Positions 22,101-29,387 of a stretch of DNA of 48,511 nt are shown one piece after another. Each line of letters opens with the position of its first letter. Within the stretch, counting starts at the first letter, position 1. The stretch is from positions 1 through 48,511 of IMG/VR virus record IMGVR_UViG_3300033153_006068. The stretch is one strand, 5' to 3'. Below the pieces are notes generated by a model. That model saw only the letters and a list, made by a program, of their open reading frames with translations, was not told the origin of the DNA and searched no databases. The stretch comes from a virus. Lineage: Duplodnaviria; Caudoviricetes. Made by a program: the position numbers and the translations under genes.

Positions 22101-24912
22101 AATGATCCACGACGATTACGCCGAGCGGTGGGAAATATCTACCCCAGAGAACGCGGCTATTATTGCTGAATATAAGCGGTTAAGAATCGCCTACGAGGGA
22201 ACCGAGTCAACTCGCGGAACAAGGGAGCTGGTGGCCGACGCCCCCTTCAAAACCGGCTGGCCCATGCTGGCGATGAAGCGAATGATTCGTTACGCCGCTG
22301 AAAACAACTTCGACCGCATCGCGTGGACGACCGGTGAGCAGCAGGCTGACCGATACGACCTGAGTAAACAGGTTAGTTCTATCGAGGGAGCGAAGTACGG
22401 CGTAGGGAAGATACAGCTTACCATACGAGATCTCGAAGGTAGCAAGGTAGATATGAGGGTGTTTGAATCAGGTAATGATCCAGCCATTACTGAGTATATT
22501 GGCAAGGATTTGGCGAAAAAAATATCTGAAGAAAATGGTGTTGGTGAGTGGCGCGGCCTTGACCTCAAGGTCGGCGGCGAAGGCATGACCACCTTCTACG
22601 ACAAGATGCTCCCATCTATGGTCGGCAAGTACATCAAGAAGTGGGGCGGCAAGGTTGGTTCTACCACTATCGAAGCTGGCAATAAGGCACCAAGTTATGG
22701 GCTTCCTCCAATAGTCGAGTTTGAAGAGAATAGACTGGATGGCGAGAGTATTGGCGACTACACCAAGCGCATGAGGGAAACCGGTAAAACATCCGAGCAG
22801 CACAGCATCGATATGACCCCGCAAATGCGCGAGGCCGCGATGGATGGTCAGGTGCTGTTCTCAGCTACCGATGAGCAGGCCACCCGCACCATCAAACAGC
22901 AGTACGCCGACAGAGCAGACAAGATACTCAAGCCATTAAGGCAGGTCATGAGTCCAATCGGAAAGCTGCCATTCGGTAATAAGTACATCGGTATGCGACA
23001 AGGGGTTATGGGTAAGATTTCCAAGATAAATCAAGTGGTCAAACGCATCCACGACATCCTCAGCGAGCTGACCGGTGATGAGTTGGTGGCGACATATAAT
23101 TACCTGACCAAACGCAACGCCATCCCAGAGGGAATCCCAGACCGCGAGATTGTCATTAAGCGCGGTCGCGGCACCGGTCGGCTGCTACAGAAAGCTCAGG
23201 CCAAAAACCTGCGACGCGAAGTGATGGCCATCAAGAGGCTCATCAACGCCACCGGTAAAGAGCTGGTTGACCGAGGTCTAATTCCGCAGGAGAGCTATGA
23301 GCATTACGCTGATAAGTATCTGCCGCGCCTGTACCTCGCTCACCTACTGAAGGATGACGACTTCAACGCAGTGGTGGGCGGTCAAGGCAAGAAGGTGTCA
23401 CCCCTCGGGTACACCAAGGGACGCAACGAAGACCTCAGTGAGGTGTATCGCATCCTCAAGGGTGAGATCAAGAACCCAGCCTACCTCGCCAGCAAAACGG
23501 TCGGCACCAGCCTGCGCGACATCGCTATCCTCGACTTCCTTAATGAGATATCGAAGGTGAAGGAGTGGATACTCCCCAACCTCATGGTGGAGTGGAGTGG
23601 TTCCTATGTAAGTGCGGAATGGCTGAGGACAGAGGGCAACCGCATCCTTGGTCAGGCCCAGTATCAGGATGAGCGAGATGCCAAGGTGTCACGCATCATG
23701 GGTGCTGAGATGATAGAGAAGGGCCAGTGGGCGCTCGACCACGCCGGTTACGAGGGGAAAGACTACAACGACTACCGGCAGGTGCCGAATATGCCGCGCT
23801 ACGGCTCCCTGAAGGGCGTATGGGTGCGTCAGGAGATTTATGATGACCTGATAGGTGGTATCGGCGCAATACACGGAGACAGCTTCATGGAGAGCTTGCT
23901 CGGTAGTGGCGGCATCGGCACCAAGATCACCCAGCTATGGAAGATGTCGAAGGTTGCACTCAACCCACCATCACAGGTGCGTAACTTTGTCTCGAACCTG
24001 ATCATGGCCAGCCTTCATGGCGGCATACCCATGCACAAAATACCGGGCCTACTCCATCGCGCCTTCAAGGAGGTGAAGAACAACGGCAAATACTGGAGGT
24101 ACGCACAGCGTGAGGGCGTTGAATCGTCCACCTTCACCGCTAATGAGCTGTTCAGGATTGACCGCGACCTACTGAAGCTGAAGAAGCAGGCCGGTCAGCT
24201 CAGTACGTGGGAGAACATCCTGATGGTGGCCGGCGTCATCGGTGAGTATGCCGGTGATATGTACCAGTTCTCTGAGGCTATCGGTAAAACCATGATGATG
24301 ATCCATGGCATCGAGGTAAATAAACTCACACCACGAGAGGCTGCGGTGAAGGCAAACGACACCCTGTTCGACTACTCCTTTGTTGGTAAGAACGTGAAGT
24401 ACCTGCGTAATGCCCCGGTAGGTATGCCGTTCATCACCTTCTACTACAAGGCGCTACCGAACATGGTAGAGGTGGCGTTAAAGCACCCGCAGCGATTCGC
24501 CCCATATCTCATCATTCCGGCACTCATCGCACAGGCTATCGCCAAGAGCCACGATGTGGATGACGATGATGTCGAGGCACTGAAGGAGGCGCTACCAAAC
24601 TGGGTGCGCGAGAGGGGCGCAGCAACCATTCTGCCAGTAAAGGATGCGCGTGGTCGCTGGCAGGCGTTTGACTATGGCTACTTCCTGCCGTGGGGGATGT
24701 TCACTGATATTATTACTGATGTCTCTGAGGGGCATGTAGGTGAGGCCGTCAAAACCTCCGGCCTGTTCGGCCGAGCTTATCGTCGGACTGAAGACCGGCA
24801 AGGACAGCTTCACTGGTCGCAAGATTTATCACGATGGCGACCCAGCCCAAAAGCAGTTCACGGATATCATGACCTACCTGTGGCGCATGGCTATGCCTAC
24901 ATGGACAACTGA
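13120..24912 (+). CDS. Giant polyvalent protein (InPase, 3x ART-PolyVal, GNAT, 2x zincin, LPD-like domains); C-terminus continues in another frame
   Basis: IENPEGSIR..HYG..GADGDPIDVF (InPase); YHGS/YHGT...G.(W/Y)FT x3 (ART-PolyVal); RRGEGNAS...LEKWYGRHGF (GNAT); HEIGH and HEVFGH; FIEEVQSDWHQ. Confidence 0.85.
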   Translation: MPTHPPIISLLGSEEEDKEQQLTQPLGEDTPQAAGPISSIANLAPQAGDEEPGIIPSLGKGFAHGVTGLAESVGTGIEYLGGKFDNQDMIDLGDTIESYWQDFNEKNFEAHESLQGSIYDREDGWDTELLTKGAWWAYNVASIIPSFAASMIPGAAVAKGAAALSIGAKVLKWTPSVASKMGRLGRFMPHTAEAVNRGIGAAAGGFTGGTLEGANTYNEVMEKGGTREEAEAAAEQMTAATMALNMLSINQMLKKMPPGLLSNAARRIVNGLTEGITEWLEGPAEAGIMLRAAGKDGSDIRFTPEEAVKKIYDELNVLPPSVITGMMFGGGGPASVEQGRDKGPLGTAADKIAGKMLPLSEDGAVRRAEMLTRQGQPHSVVPHPQATGKFAVVPIDEDLFAEQEMAEQEPTEVTTNKQVDDAAHEAATSPENDLEVTQEQLESGDYPKGRFTMGGDTFSIENPEGSIRKGIDETGKEWEQEITHHYGDWDGTIGADGDPIDVFFGRNPKSKKAFVVNQVNPNTGEFDEHKVMRAFDSKEEAETAYLSNYEDGWQGLGNIVEASVEEVRKWAESGDTSKPFTLGEGVKKFDMAPAEWTKESVAVDEGGELLTMYHGSKSTEQINEFDPEMDFFGQGFTWFTPSKQYANRYAMRGFKGSETGIAVGKKKGHVVPVNLNIKNPLYGTSDKARQLRSELQNTDAKFKDILLREGYDAYIPFEKEGTPISKANEVAILDQTAVWSTKADRQMLKKFDQKGEYSEVPEQAESAPDYLSKTGRDGEVKRFDSHTEYAGPEPIKLGKKKKDPKAAKFNKDFEKLGDRNPFMPSEMVIMNPGGAHEESGAAIEAGVRWGELHIASIRSFRRGEGNASYALNKVLELADKHGLTINMTPSPFGKGTNLEEMPGGKMLTKKQLEKWYGRHGFVKGDEPGKFSQMIREPQGKLKKFDMAPPDVTEEPYRNTDGSYRKNQKGDITGAPKGVKDDSGIAAIVMKNVKRLIGMYKADSDRAKASANWYEVIGAELRRLSKDPAILEKMIRMLARFSANAQVGTNLTFTMKGAYQLVRGEEVMTGRFPSKMRPEIKAILEADEFNKNLAGVKDKVMNFYRNLYDATFQTDKYEDAITMDMWMAKLYEYKANAKNEYKLGDAQYRFANMLTDMITAEFNKETGRSLSRRQIQAALWGFARDAEDSAKGKRRRNILSFATYIRRATAHITAEAVTSKKAPFFRTIHKAPIGIRKAYTNAAMAVTMDGERDLLLEAIAGIPLYGSEDSMGTFEESVNPNRVIDVVMDKDDGIYNRDDVSLYALAMMYIHSQDAVPWFRFTTDAAIMKVPTGGSWYHGVTIGFTAKPDAATVELFYTHLREHVQGAEFSVIGNDAVVVNYGRVNNKKFIKDIKDAAETFNFGGIKNGFTEITKIKAESEYNGIKEDFGSSWATPEEAIAILEREILKRNRPDILERVRGWRGDVGKVQSRFERGDLKSYKVAAGATKSFKTILSERRAAQAKLGYVLANNMREMPRLLEQNDWKPAITDYTDIGESEHQPFLRMYEDVTTRTSINYLDFSTETYRQADTDESKVITAAIRDLMDVGLPARALQFVKEIGIFDVNIDNPTGASFVPMQTVPNVGEFVNSVWINSNTIDVVMKTKDPTASKGLRSHLIHEIGHAIDVGSDPDKLSHTRDSRLFRINPWGYHRKLDYSSPIGYKLVFKGKPFGPVMMEAVEFFQSDEAKQNGMQDLLAYPLVSLYKGDGNGTLMIGSKAKIDGELVEITETFRGEHPFHAANFEDQVTAEVWRIQGELFAQLHDIFYTMPEEMAKHLPKGYALMQEVQNATAQEATLTGLNRRLREILRTPSTKLSPNWTQQRFWPTKPADKSVEGQRAGEGVEAAQRVASAVPEQGVTGEQGAEQWAGDTVVRDKDGSLLEVYHGTDADFDVMEAREPDTFAGSKKDLKGIYFTADSSKAYAYAKPSKRRSAGGAKPKVIRAHLKILKPLNITGMIKYRRKQKGMSFGEAKQDAMLKFDPAKYDGIVFDGDAYNSAEYIVFDSSQVKSTDGGYDASTPNIWKTQNVKNSPSFRSWFGNSKVVDKNGDPLEIYHGTTHDFDEFSTTYATPESYMGAGYYFTDSEEDVNANYAGEGPDLTNRIESEAEMLRNTDDALTDFIVERYDLEWDEAQKKRENMGAEEMEWFTKELAKQRLGVENQGTVMPVFVKMENPVEIEPKGGTMLIAEWDTDYYKGDGMAKDEVDIDDYTDEDGDIDEGGYNEAIEEKARDMFFEDYNPELTGNAADMGNIIRAVAYEYGADGAALQQSFMEEFDFPFGMATRAYDFSEWLRSQEDLYDAVDDEGNITSNDMLREIFERMGFDGVIMDAEAHFGPRQIKGAYGNVLVQGMDGVYGAKHYVAFHGEQIKSSIGNTGDYSPNPNITMSNKGKSFGREAAAVQADVDTITEAWSNAPDIKTISHRSMLPQRLQKEALRTRGRVEGVYDSETNTVYMVADTLPTTADVHRVLLHEVFGHWAVGQAYGKDFEPLLELVASSYGNKLQGIAERHGVSLTTREGRLIAAQEQMAELAELGTNPTLLNKLILKFKQILNNLGFKVKLTNADLKTILAAAGTMVYEGDSAIASGKLVPVFSQQSTTFYSQMQEHLAQKLPNKGKAGQMKLMINNMAKKGQFKKEELEWSGVNEWLDEQTGTVTKDQVLEFLRENAIEIEEVTLGGTPMDEDIDMTLSVDTSEAIVFDGDTEGLATYEAGDGYIYEARGNQDTGWALYDERSRIISDEEGQVIVDDIDDMEQYALTENAKRLREWHGEKVTDDADGPAKFEGYTEKGEKSGYRELLLRMPPKDTETERRPVSRAEGAEIIKNGGELDAYFAGSKMVTVSNQHGFNRILKREDITGLEHIIKRGKTADRFTGAHYDEHSNILAHIRFDTRTDADGKKVLFIEEVQSDWHQKGREKGYKKPDSNLPTSADVVNGYNKVKPVMKQEDYLGFDDLRQSIDAIMIHDDYAERWEISTPENAAIIAEYKRLRIAYEGTESTRGTRELVADAPFKTGWPMLAMKRMIRYAAENNFDRIAWTTGEQQADRYDLSKQVSSIEGAKYGVGKIQLTIRDLEGSKVDMRVFESGNDPAITEYIGKDLAKKISEENGVGEWRGLDLKVGGEGMTTFYDKMLPSMVGKYIKKWGGKVGSTTIEAGNKAPSYGLPPIVEFEENRLDGESIGDYTKRMRETGKTSEQHSIDMTPQMREAAMDGQVLFSATDEQATRTIKQQYADRADKILKPLRQVMSPIGKLPFGNKYIGMRQGVMGKISKINQVVKRIHDILSELTGDELVATYNYLTKRNAIPEGIPDREIVIKRGRGTGRLLQKAQAKNLRREVMAIKRLINATGKELVDRGLIPQESYEHYADKYLPRLYLAHLLKDDDFNAVVGGQGKKVSPLGYTKGRNEDLSEVYRILKGEIKNPAYLASKTVGTSLRDIAILDFLNEISKVKEWILPNLMVEWSGSYVSAEWLRTEGNRILGQAQYQDERDAKVSRIMGAEMIEKGQWALDHAGYEGKDYNDYRQVPNMPRYGSLKGVWVRQEIYDDLIGGIGAIHGDSFMESLLGSGGIGTKITQLWKMSKVALNPPSQVRNFVSNLIMASLHGGIPMHKIPGLLHRAFKEVKNNGKYWRYAQREGVESSTFTANELFRIDRDLLKLKKQAGQLSTWENILMVAGVIGEYAGDMYQFSEAIGKTMMMIHGIEVNKLTPREAAVKANDTLFDYSFVGKNVKYLRNAPVGMPFITFYYKALPNMVEVALKHPQRFAPYLIIPALIAQAIAKSHDVDDDDVEALKEALPNWVRERGAATILPVKDARGRWQAFDYGYFLPWGMFTDIITDVSEGHVGEAVKTSGLFGRAYRRTEDRQGQLHWSQDLSRWRPSPKAVHGYHDLPVAHGYAYMDN

Positions 24913-25267
24913 CATCGGTGCAGCAGCGCACACCTATCGCGCACTCAGCGGTCACGTTAATCCGAGGACGGGAAATCCGACAGCAACCCTTGGTCAGGCC
25001 ATGGGTCGGTGGGTTGGTGTAAACGTCTACCCCATCGAGCCTGAGTACACCCGCGCTCGTAACCGCGCTCGTAACATTCAGCAGTTCAAGTTCGAGCTGA
25101 ACGACATCAAGTCACGACTCAGAATTCGGGTAAGAGACCAGAATCTGGACGCTGATGACAGGGCTAAGCTGGTAGCAACTTACTCGAAGCTGATAAGGGA
25201 CAAGGCTGAGGAGATGCGGGAGTATGCCGAGAAGTCGCGGGTGCATCCGAACTTGCGGGTGAAATAA
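24770..25267 (+). CDS. Frameshifted C-terminal portion of the giant protein
   Basis: +1 frame reads AELIVGLKTGKDSFTGRKIY..., which looks protein-like, while the main frame after GLFG becomes atypical; ends just before the convergent terminator. Confidence 0.7.
   Translation, partial: AELIVGLKTGKDSFTGRKIYHDGDPAQKQFTDIMTYLWRMAMPTWTTDIGAAAHTYRALSGHVNPRTGNPTATLGQAMGRWVGVNVYPIEPEYTRARNRARNIQQFKFELNDIKSRLRIRVRDQNLDADDRAKLVATYSKLIRDKAEEMREYAEKSRVHPNLRVK
25051..25074 (+). repeat. Perfect 12-bp tandem duplication CCGCGCTCGTAA x2 (RARN RARN)
   Basis: Read directly from sequence. Confidence 0.95.
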
Positions 25268-25298
25268 AAAAACCCAGCACCAAAAAGCGGTAACTGGG
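25266..25298 (-). terminator. Intrinsic terminator between convergent modules
   Basis: CCCAG/CTGGG stem with inner ACC/GGT pairs followed on the minus strand by T7. Confidence 0.55.
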
Positions 25299-25308
25299 CG
25301 TGTAGTAA

Positions 25309-25518
25309 CTATTGGTCGACGATCCTAATCGGTACCCCGACAATGGTGTCGGCCTTGGCTATAATCATGAACTTCTCTGGTAACTTGGTCAATTCCACCT
25401 TGTAGGCTTCATGCTGCTCGGTGGTCATTACCATTTCCGGCGGCTTACCACCGAACACCTGCTTAAATGTCTCGATGATATGCAGTGCGCGATGCAGCTG
25501 TGGTAACTCGTCAGACAT
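25309..25518 (-). CDS. Hypothetical protein
   Basis: 69-aa ORF overlapping the methylase stop. Confidence 0.6.
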   Translation of the reverse strand: MSDELPQLHRALHIIETFKQVFGGKPPEMVMTTEQHEAYKVELTKLPEKFMIIAKADTIVGVPIRIVDQ

Positions 25519-26125
25519 CTGGCACCACCAGCTTAATATCCTCCTTCACCTGATTGCCCCAGCTCGACCACCCATCCTGATTGTGCCTCGCAAATAGCTC
25601 CAGCTTCCTTGCCTCCGGGTAAAGTCGCTGGATCTTGTCGTACTGCTCGTGTGGCTTCTGGGAGTGCTTGAGTCGTGGCGACAGGATGATGCTACTCACG
25701 CCATGGTCATCAACCGGCATCCTGCCACGAACACCCAGCAGGCACGGCTCCGCATTAGCTCGGGTATAGCTACCCATTCCCAGAGCAACCTTATGCAGCA
25801 GATTATCCTCGCCAAGAATGCGCGGGTAAGTCCCAAAGTCTGGGGCTTTGCCAGCGTAATACTTCACCCATGTGAACCCAAAGGTGCGGTACTTAAATCC
25901 CCATGCCGCCATCACTTCACGAGCGTCGTCTATCGTGGGTGGTGTTGACCATAGGAATAGGGCCGCATCTGGTGCCATGAGATCCTGAATCTGCTCGCCC
26001 ATCGCGCATATCTGTTTCTTACTCAGGGTGGCGTAGTGGTCGTTGGCTTTGCCGTGACCGGTCGCCTTATTCCACTTATTGTAAGACCACGGCGGGTCAG
26101 CCAGTAGTACATCAAATTTATCCAT
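25511..26125 (-). CDS. MT-A70-family adenine-N6 methyltransferase
   Basis: LLADPPW, LFLW, AWGFKY, YTRANAEPCLLG, HSQKP, KLELFAR, WGNQ; ATG 26125 has an RBS-like GAGG. Confidence 0.9.
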   Translation of the reverse strand: MDKFDVLLADPPWSYNKWNKATGHGKANDHYATLSKKQICAMGEQIQDLMAPDAALFLWSTPPTIDDAREVMAAWGFKYRTFGFTWVKYYAGKAPDFGTYPRILGEDNLLHKVALGMGSYTRANAEPCLLGVRGRMPVDDHGVSSIILSPRLKHSQKPHEQYDKIQRLYPEARKLELFARHNQDGWSSWGNQVKEDIKLVVPDV

Positions 26126-26140
26126 GCCTCGCCTCACGGT

Positions 26141-26156
26141 GCGCCCCGAAGGGCGC
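26141..26156 (-). other. Intergenic stable hairpin GCGCCC-TTCG-GGGCGC (cUUCGg), no U-tract
   Basis: Perfect 6-bp stem read from sequence. Confidence 0.6.
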
Positions 26157-26163
26157 GGTTGAG

Positions 26164-26535
26164 TTACTTGGTGGCCAAAACAGCCTTGGTAATCTCATCA
26201 CCCTGAGTGATGATATCGTTACGCACAGAGACAAAACGCTCCACACCAATATCATCAATATCAATGAGGTGGCCGACCATGTCGAGCGTGGTCTGCATAA
26301 CCTTCAGGTACTCGCTCAATAGCGGCTCGGGTGCGCCACTCGATGCCATGGTGCGACGAAGGTTCTCGAACTGGATGTTAAGAATAGCCATGTTGACCAT
26401 ATGCTCCGGCTCAGTTTCCTTGAGCTTGCCGATATAGGCCTGCAGCTGCTCGTTAACCTCCTGAGCGGTCTCTTCATCAATTTGCACCGGCTGGTCTTCC
26501 TGAATGTTCTCGTCTTGCGTATTTTCGTCAGTCAT
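26164..26535 (-). CDS. Hypothetical protein
   Basis: AGGAG RBS before ATG 26535 (MTDENTQ...). Confidence 0.65.
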   Translation of the reverse strand: MTDENTQDENIQEDQPVQIDEETAQEVNEQLQAYIGKLKETEPEHMVNMAILNIQFENLRRTMASSGAPEPLLSEYLKVMQTTLDMVGHLIDIDDIGVERFVSVRNDIITQGDEITKAVLATK

Positions 26536-26627
26536 TTTACTGCTCCTATCACGTTTCGATTTGGGTTGTTCCCGCAGATGGTTCAGAAATAAAACCATGT
26601 GCGGGATAGGGTTAAATAACCTTACAA

Positions 26628-27116
26628 TTAGAAAGGGATATCATCGTCAAAGTCGTCAAAGTTCTGGCCACCAGCTGACGCACTACCGCCCTGATTCTGG
26701 TTCTGATTCTGGCTGCGGTTCTGCTGGCCTCCACCCTGACCGCCACGATTCTGCTGACCACCACTGAAGTCGCCGCCGCCACCCTTGCTGCCCAGCATCT
26801 GCAAGACGTTGCCGACAATCTCGGTGGTGTACTGATCCTCGCCCTTATCGTTCTGCCACTTGCGGGTCTGCAGCTTACCCTCAATGTAGACCTGTGACCC
26901 CTTCTTCAGATACTCGCCAGCAACCTCGCCGAGGCGGTTGAAAAACACCACGCGATGCCACTCGGTCTTCTCCTGCTTCTGGCCACTCTGCTTATCAGTC
27001 CATTGCTCACTCGTAGCAACGGTGATGTTGGCAATCGCGCTACCCTTGGCGCTGTAGCGAACCTCTGGATCTTTCCCTAAATTACCAACCAAAATTACCT
27101 TATTAATACCTGCCAT
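26628..27116 (-). CDS. ssb: Single-stranded DNA-binding protein
   Basis: [21 protein letters not shown]...TEWHRVV...[11 protein letters not shown], Gly/Gln linker, DDDIPF tail. Confidence 0.97.
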   Translation of the reverse strand: MAGINKVILVGNLGKDPEVRYSAKGSAIANITVATSEQWTDKQSGQKQEKTEWHRVVFFNRLGEVAGEYLKKGSQVYIEGKLQTRKWQNDKGEDQYTTEIVGNVLQMLGSKGGGGDFSGGQQNRGGQGGGQQNRSQNQNQNQGGSASAGGQNFDDFDDDIPF

Positions 27117-27708
27117 GATATGTCTCCACTTTACGTTGTATCTCGACCCACACTGTCCTGCAGGCAATCTCAAGCCGAGTTATATAAGCCTCATCCCGAT
27201 GCACACGAAAAACGTGCATCCGGTCGTCGGCAGTCTCTGGGTTTTTGTAATAAGAAATGTAGTCCCACCACTGTCGCCCAGTCACCCACATGCAGCCTTG
27301 AATCTGCGGCACATGAACACTTTCTACACCCGCCGCCACTGACTTCTCGAAAGCATCCAGTGACTTGCGGCATTTAACTTCTACCCCTCCATCGTTACCC
27401 ACCAAGCCATCTGGTGAGCAGCCGACGAACTCCAGCTCTGGGTGCTTAATCAGCCCGTGAGCTGCCACCTCCACACCCTCATTAAATTCATAGGAGGCTA
27501 TAGCCTCTGCCTCCCAGTCCTTGCCGTGACGAAACCACGGGGGGTTATCACCTTCGAGGAAGTCAGGTACCCCAATTAATTCACCAAAAACATCATCGAT
27601 ATAATTGAGGTAGCGAGCGGTGTGTGGTGCTGCTAGCACATCACCGAAGCGAGAGGCTGTCAGGATACCCCGACGCGCCTCGTGCCACTCAGGGGTTCCC
27701 TGCTCCAT
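27103..27708 (-). CDS. YqaJ/lambda-exonuclease-family recombination nuclease
   Basis: [40 protein letters not shown]. Confidence 0.92.
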   Translation of the reverse strand: MEQGTPEWHEARRGILTASRFGDVLAAPHTARYLNYIDDVFGELIGVPDFLEGDNPPWFRHGKDWEAEAIASYEFNEGVEVAAHGLIKHPELEFVGCSPDGLVGNDGGVEVKCRKSLDAFEKSVAAGVESVHVPQIQGCMWVTGRQWWDYISYYKNPETADDRMHVFRVHRDEAYITRLEIACRTVWVEIQRKVETYHGRY

Positions 27709-28010
27709 CAGCCTTGTTCCGCCAAATCAAAGTACGGGTGGTGATTACCTTCCTCGTCCACAATTTCAAGCTCATGGAGCCGGAACAGGCCACCCAGCGT
27801 CCAATCACAACCTTTGTCATCGGTGAATCGACCAATGCACGAGAAGCCCATATACTTCTGCACATCATCTTTATCAACACCAGCCGCGACAAGATCCTCG
27901 GCGCTCTGAACCTCACCGCAGCGAGGGCATTTAAATTTCCACTTCGCTGGGTCGTCACCATATAACGCTGTGGCCTGCGCCATAAAATCTTCAAGCGAAA
28001 CTGTTTTCAC
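27708..28010 (-). CDS. VVA0879-like Zn-binding phage protein
   Basis: WKFKCPRCG...GFSCIGRF...GCDWTLGGLF. Confidence 0.7.
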   Translation of the reverse strand: MKTVSLEDFMAQATALYGDDPAKWKFKCPRCGEVQSAEDLVAAGVDKDDVQKYMGFSCIGRFTDDKGCDWTLGGLFRLHELEIVDEEGNHHPYFDLAEQG

Positions 28011-28011
28011 C

Positions 28012-28236
28012 TTACACCCCCTTCTCTTTTATCCACTGCATACAGCCCTTAATGTCATCAACCTCATCTTGATATTCAGTAAAGAGTTGTCTGCATGTTT
28101 TACCAGCCCGACCATACTCCTGATCCAGCTGCTGGTCGCTCATGGTGCCGAACTGCTGATTCGCTCGATACAGGTTATCCTCAGCTCCAGTCAGCGCGTT
28201 ACGCACCATACCCATAATCTTCTTCTCTGCGTCCAC
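28012..28236 (-). CDS. Hypothetical protein
   Basis: GAGG RBS, GTG at 28236 (MDAEKKIMG...), internal to listed 28012..28434. Confidence 0.55.
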   Translation of the reverse strand: MDAEKKIMGMVRNALTGAEDNLYRANQQFGTMSDQQLDQEYGRAGKTCRQLFTEYQDEVDDIKGCMQWIKEKGV

Positions 28237-28237
28237 G

Positions 28238-28477
28238 TTACACCTCCTCAATAGCTTTATATGAGGTGGCACTACCAACATGAAAAGCCCCACACTCACA
28301 CCGCTTGCCACCGCCGCATAGAGACCACACATAAGCCTTAACCTCGACACCGCAGAACGGGCAGTTAAAGTAAATCGTGTTGCTACTTCTGTGTTCGAGA
28401 CCGCCACGGTGTACCGTAAACGTCTTGGTCTCATGAAGCCCCTTAATGATCTGCTCGAATGTTTTTCTCTTAGCCAC
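28238..28477 (-). CDS. Small Zn-ribbon-like protein
   Basis: CPFC...CECG; tiles operon. Confidence 0.6.
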   Translation of the reverse strand: MAKRKTFEQIIKGLHETKTFTVHRGGLEHRSSNTIYFNCPFCGVEVKAYVWSLCGGGKRCECGAFHVGSATSYKAIEEV

Positions 28478-28478
28478 G

Positions 28479-29387
28479 CTACACCTCCACTACTTTCACA
28501 GACGACAGAGTAGTGAACCCAGCCTCAGCCATCTTCTTGGTCAGTGCTGCGGTCACCTTATCGGCGGTCACGGTATCAGAGGTTTCGATAGCGAACTCTG
28601 CCACAACAGCCCAGTTCTTTTTGCCGGCCACCTTCTTTGGCTGGGCCTTGGTCTTGGACTGTGCCTCAGACTTCCTCTCCTGCTGCTGCTCTGCCTGCTC
28701 CTGACGAGTCAACTCAACATCAATGAGCATGGCCAGCTTATCCACGTAGCTCTCCAGCTCATCAAACAGGAAGTGGTTGATGTGGGTGCGGGTCAGCGGA
28801 GACTTCAGGCCTGCCTTGTAGCAGCTGTTCTCCAGCTCCAGTAGGCGGATCTTTACCGCGCCCTCAAGGTTGTACTGATTAATGACGCGGATAGCTACAG
28901 CCTCACGCGCAGCCTTCGATAGGTTACCCTTCGAGGTGACGTTACTGAGGATCACAAGGTCTTCAGTAGTGACGGTCTGGAACTCTTCGCCGACCTCCCA
29001 CGCATCGTACTGGGTGATGACAGCCGCCGCCAACAGCTGACGCACCTTGGCTCTGGTCTCATCCTCAAATGTCTTTACCTGACCAAGGATATCGGCACGA
29101 CCAGTCTGGCACAGCTGCACCAGTTCCTTCATGTTGGTATCGAATTCCTTGATGGGTGCCGAGGCATCAGACACCAGCTCTTTGCGACGGGTGTCGATGG
29201 CACCAGCTGTTTTATTCAGCTTAGTGGCCAGCTCTTTAGCTCCGCCAACGGTGTCGCCGGTAACGACAATCTCATACTGCTCCAGCTCACTCTTAAGCTC
29301 AGCCTTCACCTTGTCGAAATCGACGCTCAGGATTGCTGGGGTCACTACCGCCTCGATAATGATCAGGTCTTTATTTTCCTCGCTCAC
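28479..29387 (-). CDS. DUF1351-like coiled-coil phage protein
   Basis: PAILSVDFDKVK...AKELATKLNK...IDTRRKE...PIKEF pattern; adjacent to ERF. Confidence 0.65.
   Translation of the reverse strand: MSEENKDLIIIEAVVTPAILSVDFDKVKAELKSELEQYEIVVTGDTVGGAKELATKLNKTAGAIDTRRKELVSDASAPIKEFDTNMKELVQLCQTGRADILGQVKTFEDETRAKVRQLLAAAVITQYDAWEVGEEFQTVTTEDLVILSNVTSKGNLSKAAREAVAIRVINQYNLEGAVKIRLLELENSCYKAGLKSPLTRTHINHFLFDELESYVDKLAMLIDVELTRQEQAEQQQERKSEAQSKTKAQPKKVAGKKNWAVVAEFAIETSDTVTADKVTAALTKKMAEAGFTTLSSVKVVEV

Noticed and set aside
24760-24780. Programmed ribosomal frameshift
   Set aside because: No slippery sequence or obvious stimulatory structure; indel or assembly error more likely
13231-24955. Many antisense and alternate-frame ORFs within the giant gene and other long genes
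   Set aside because: Shadow ORFs produced by codon bias; no motifs or RBS
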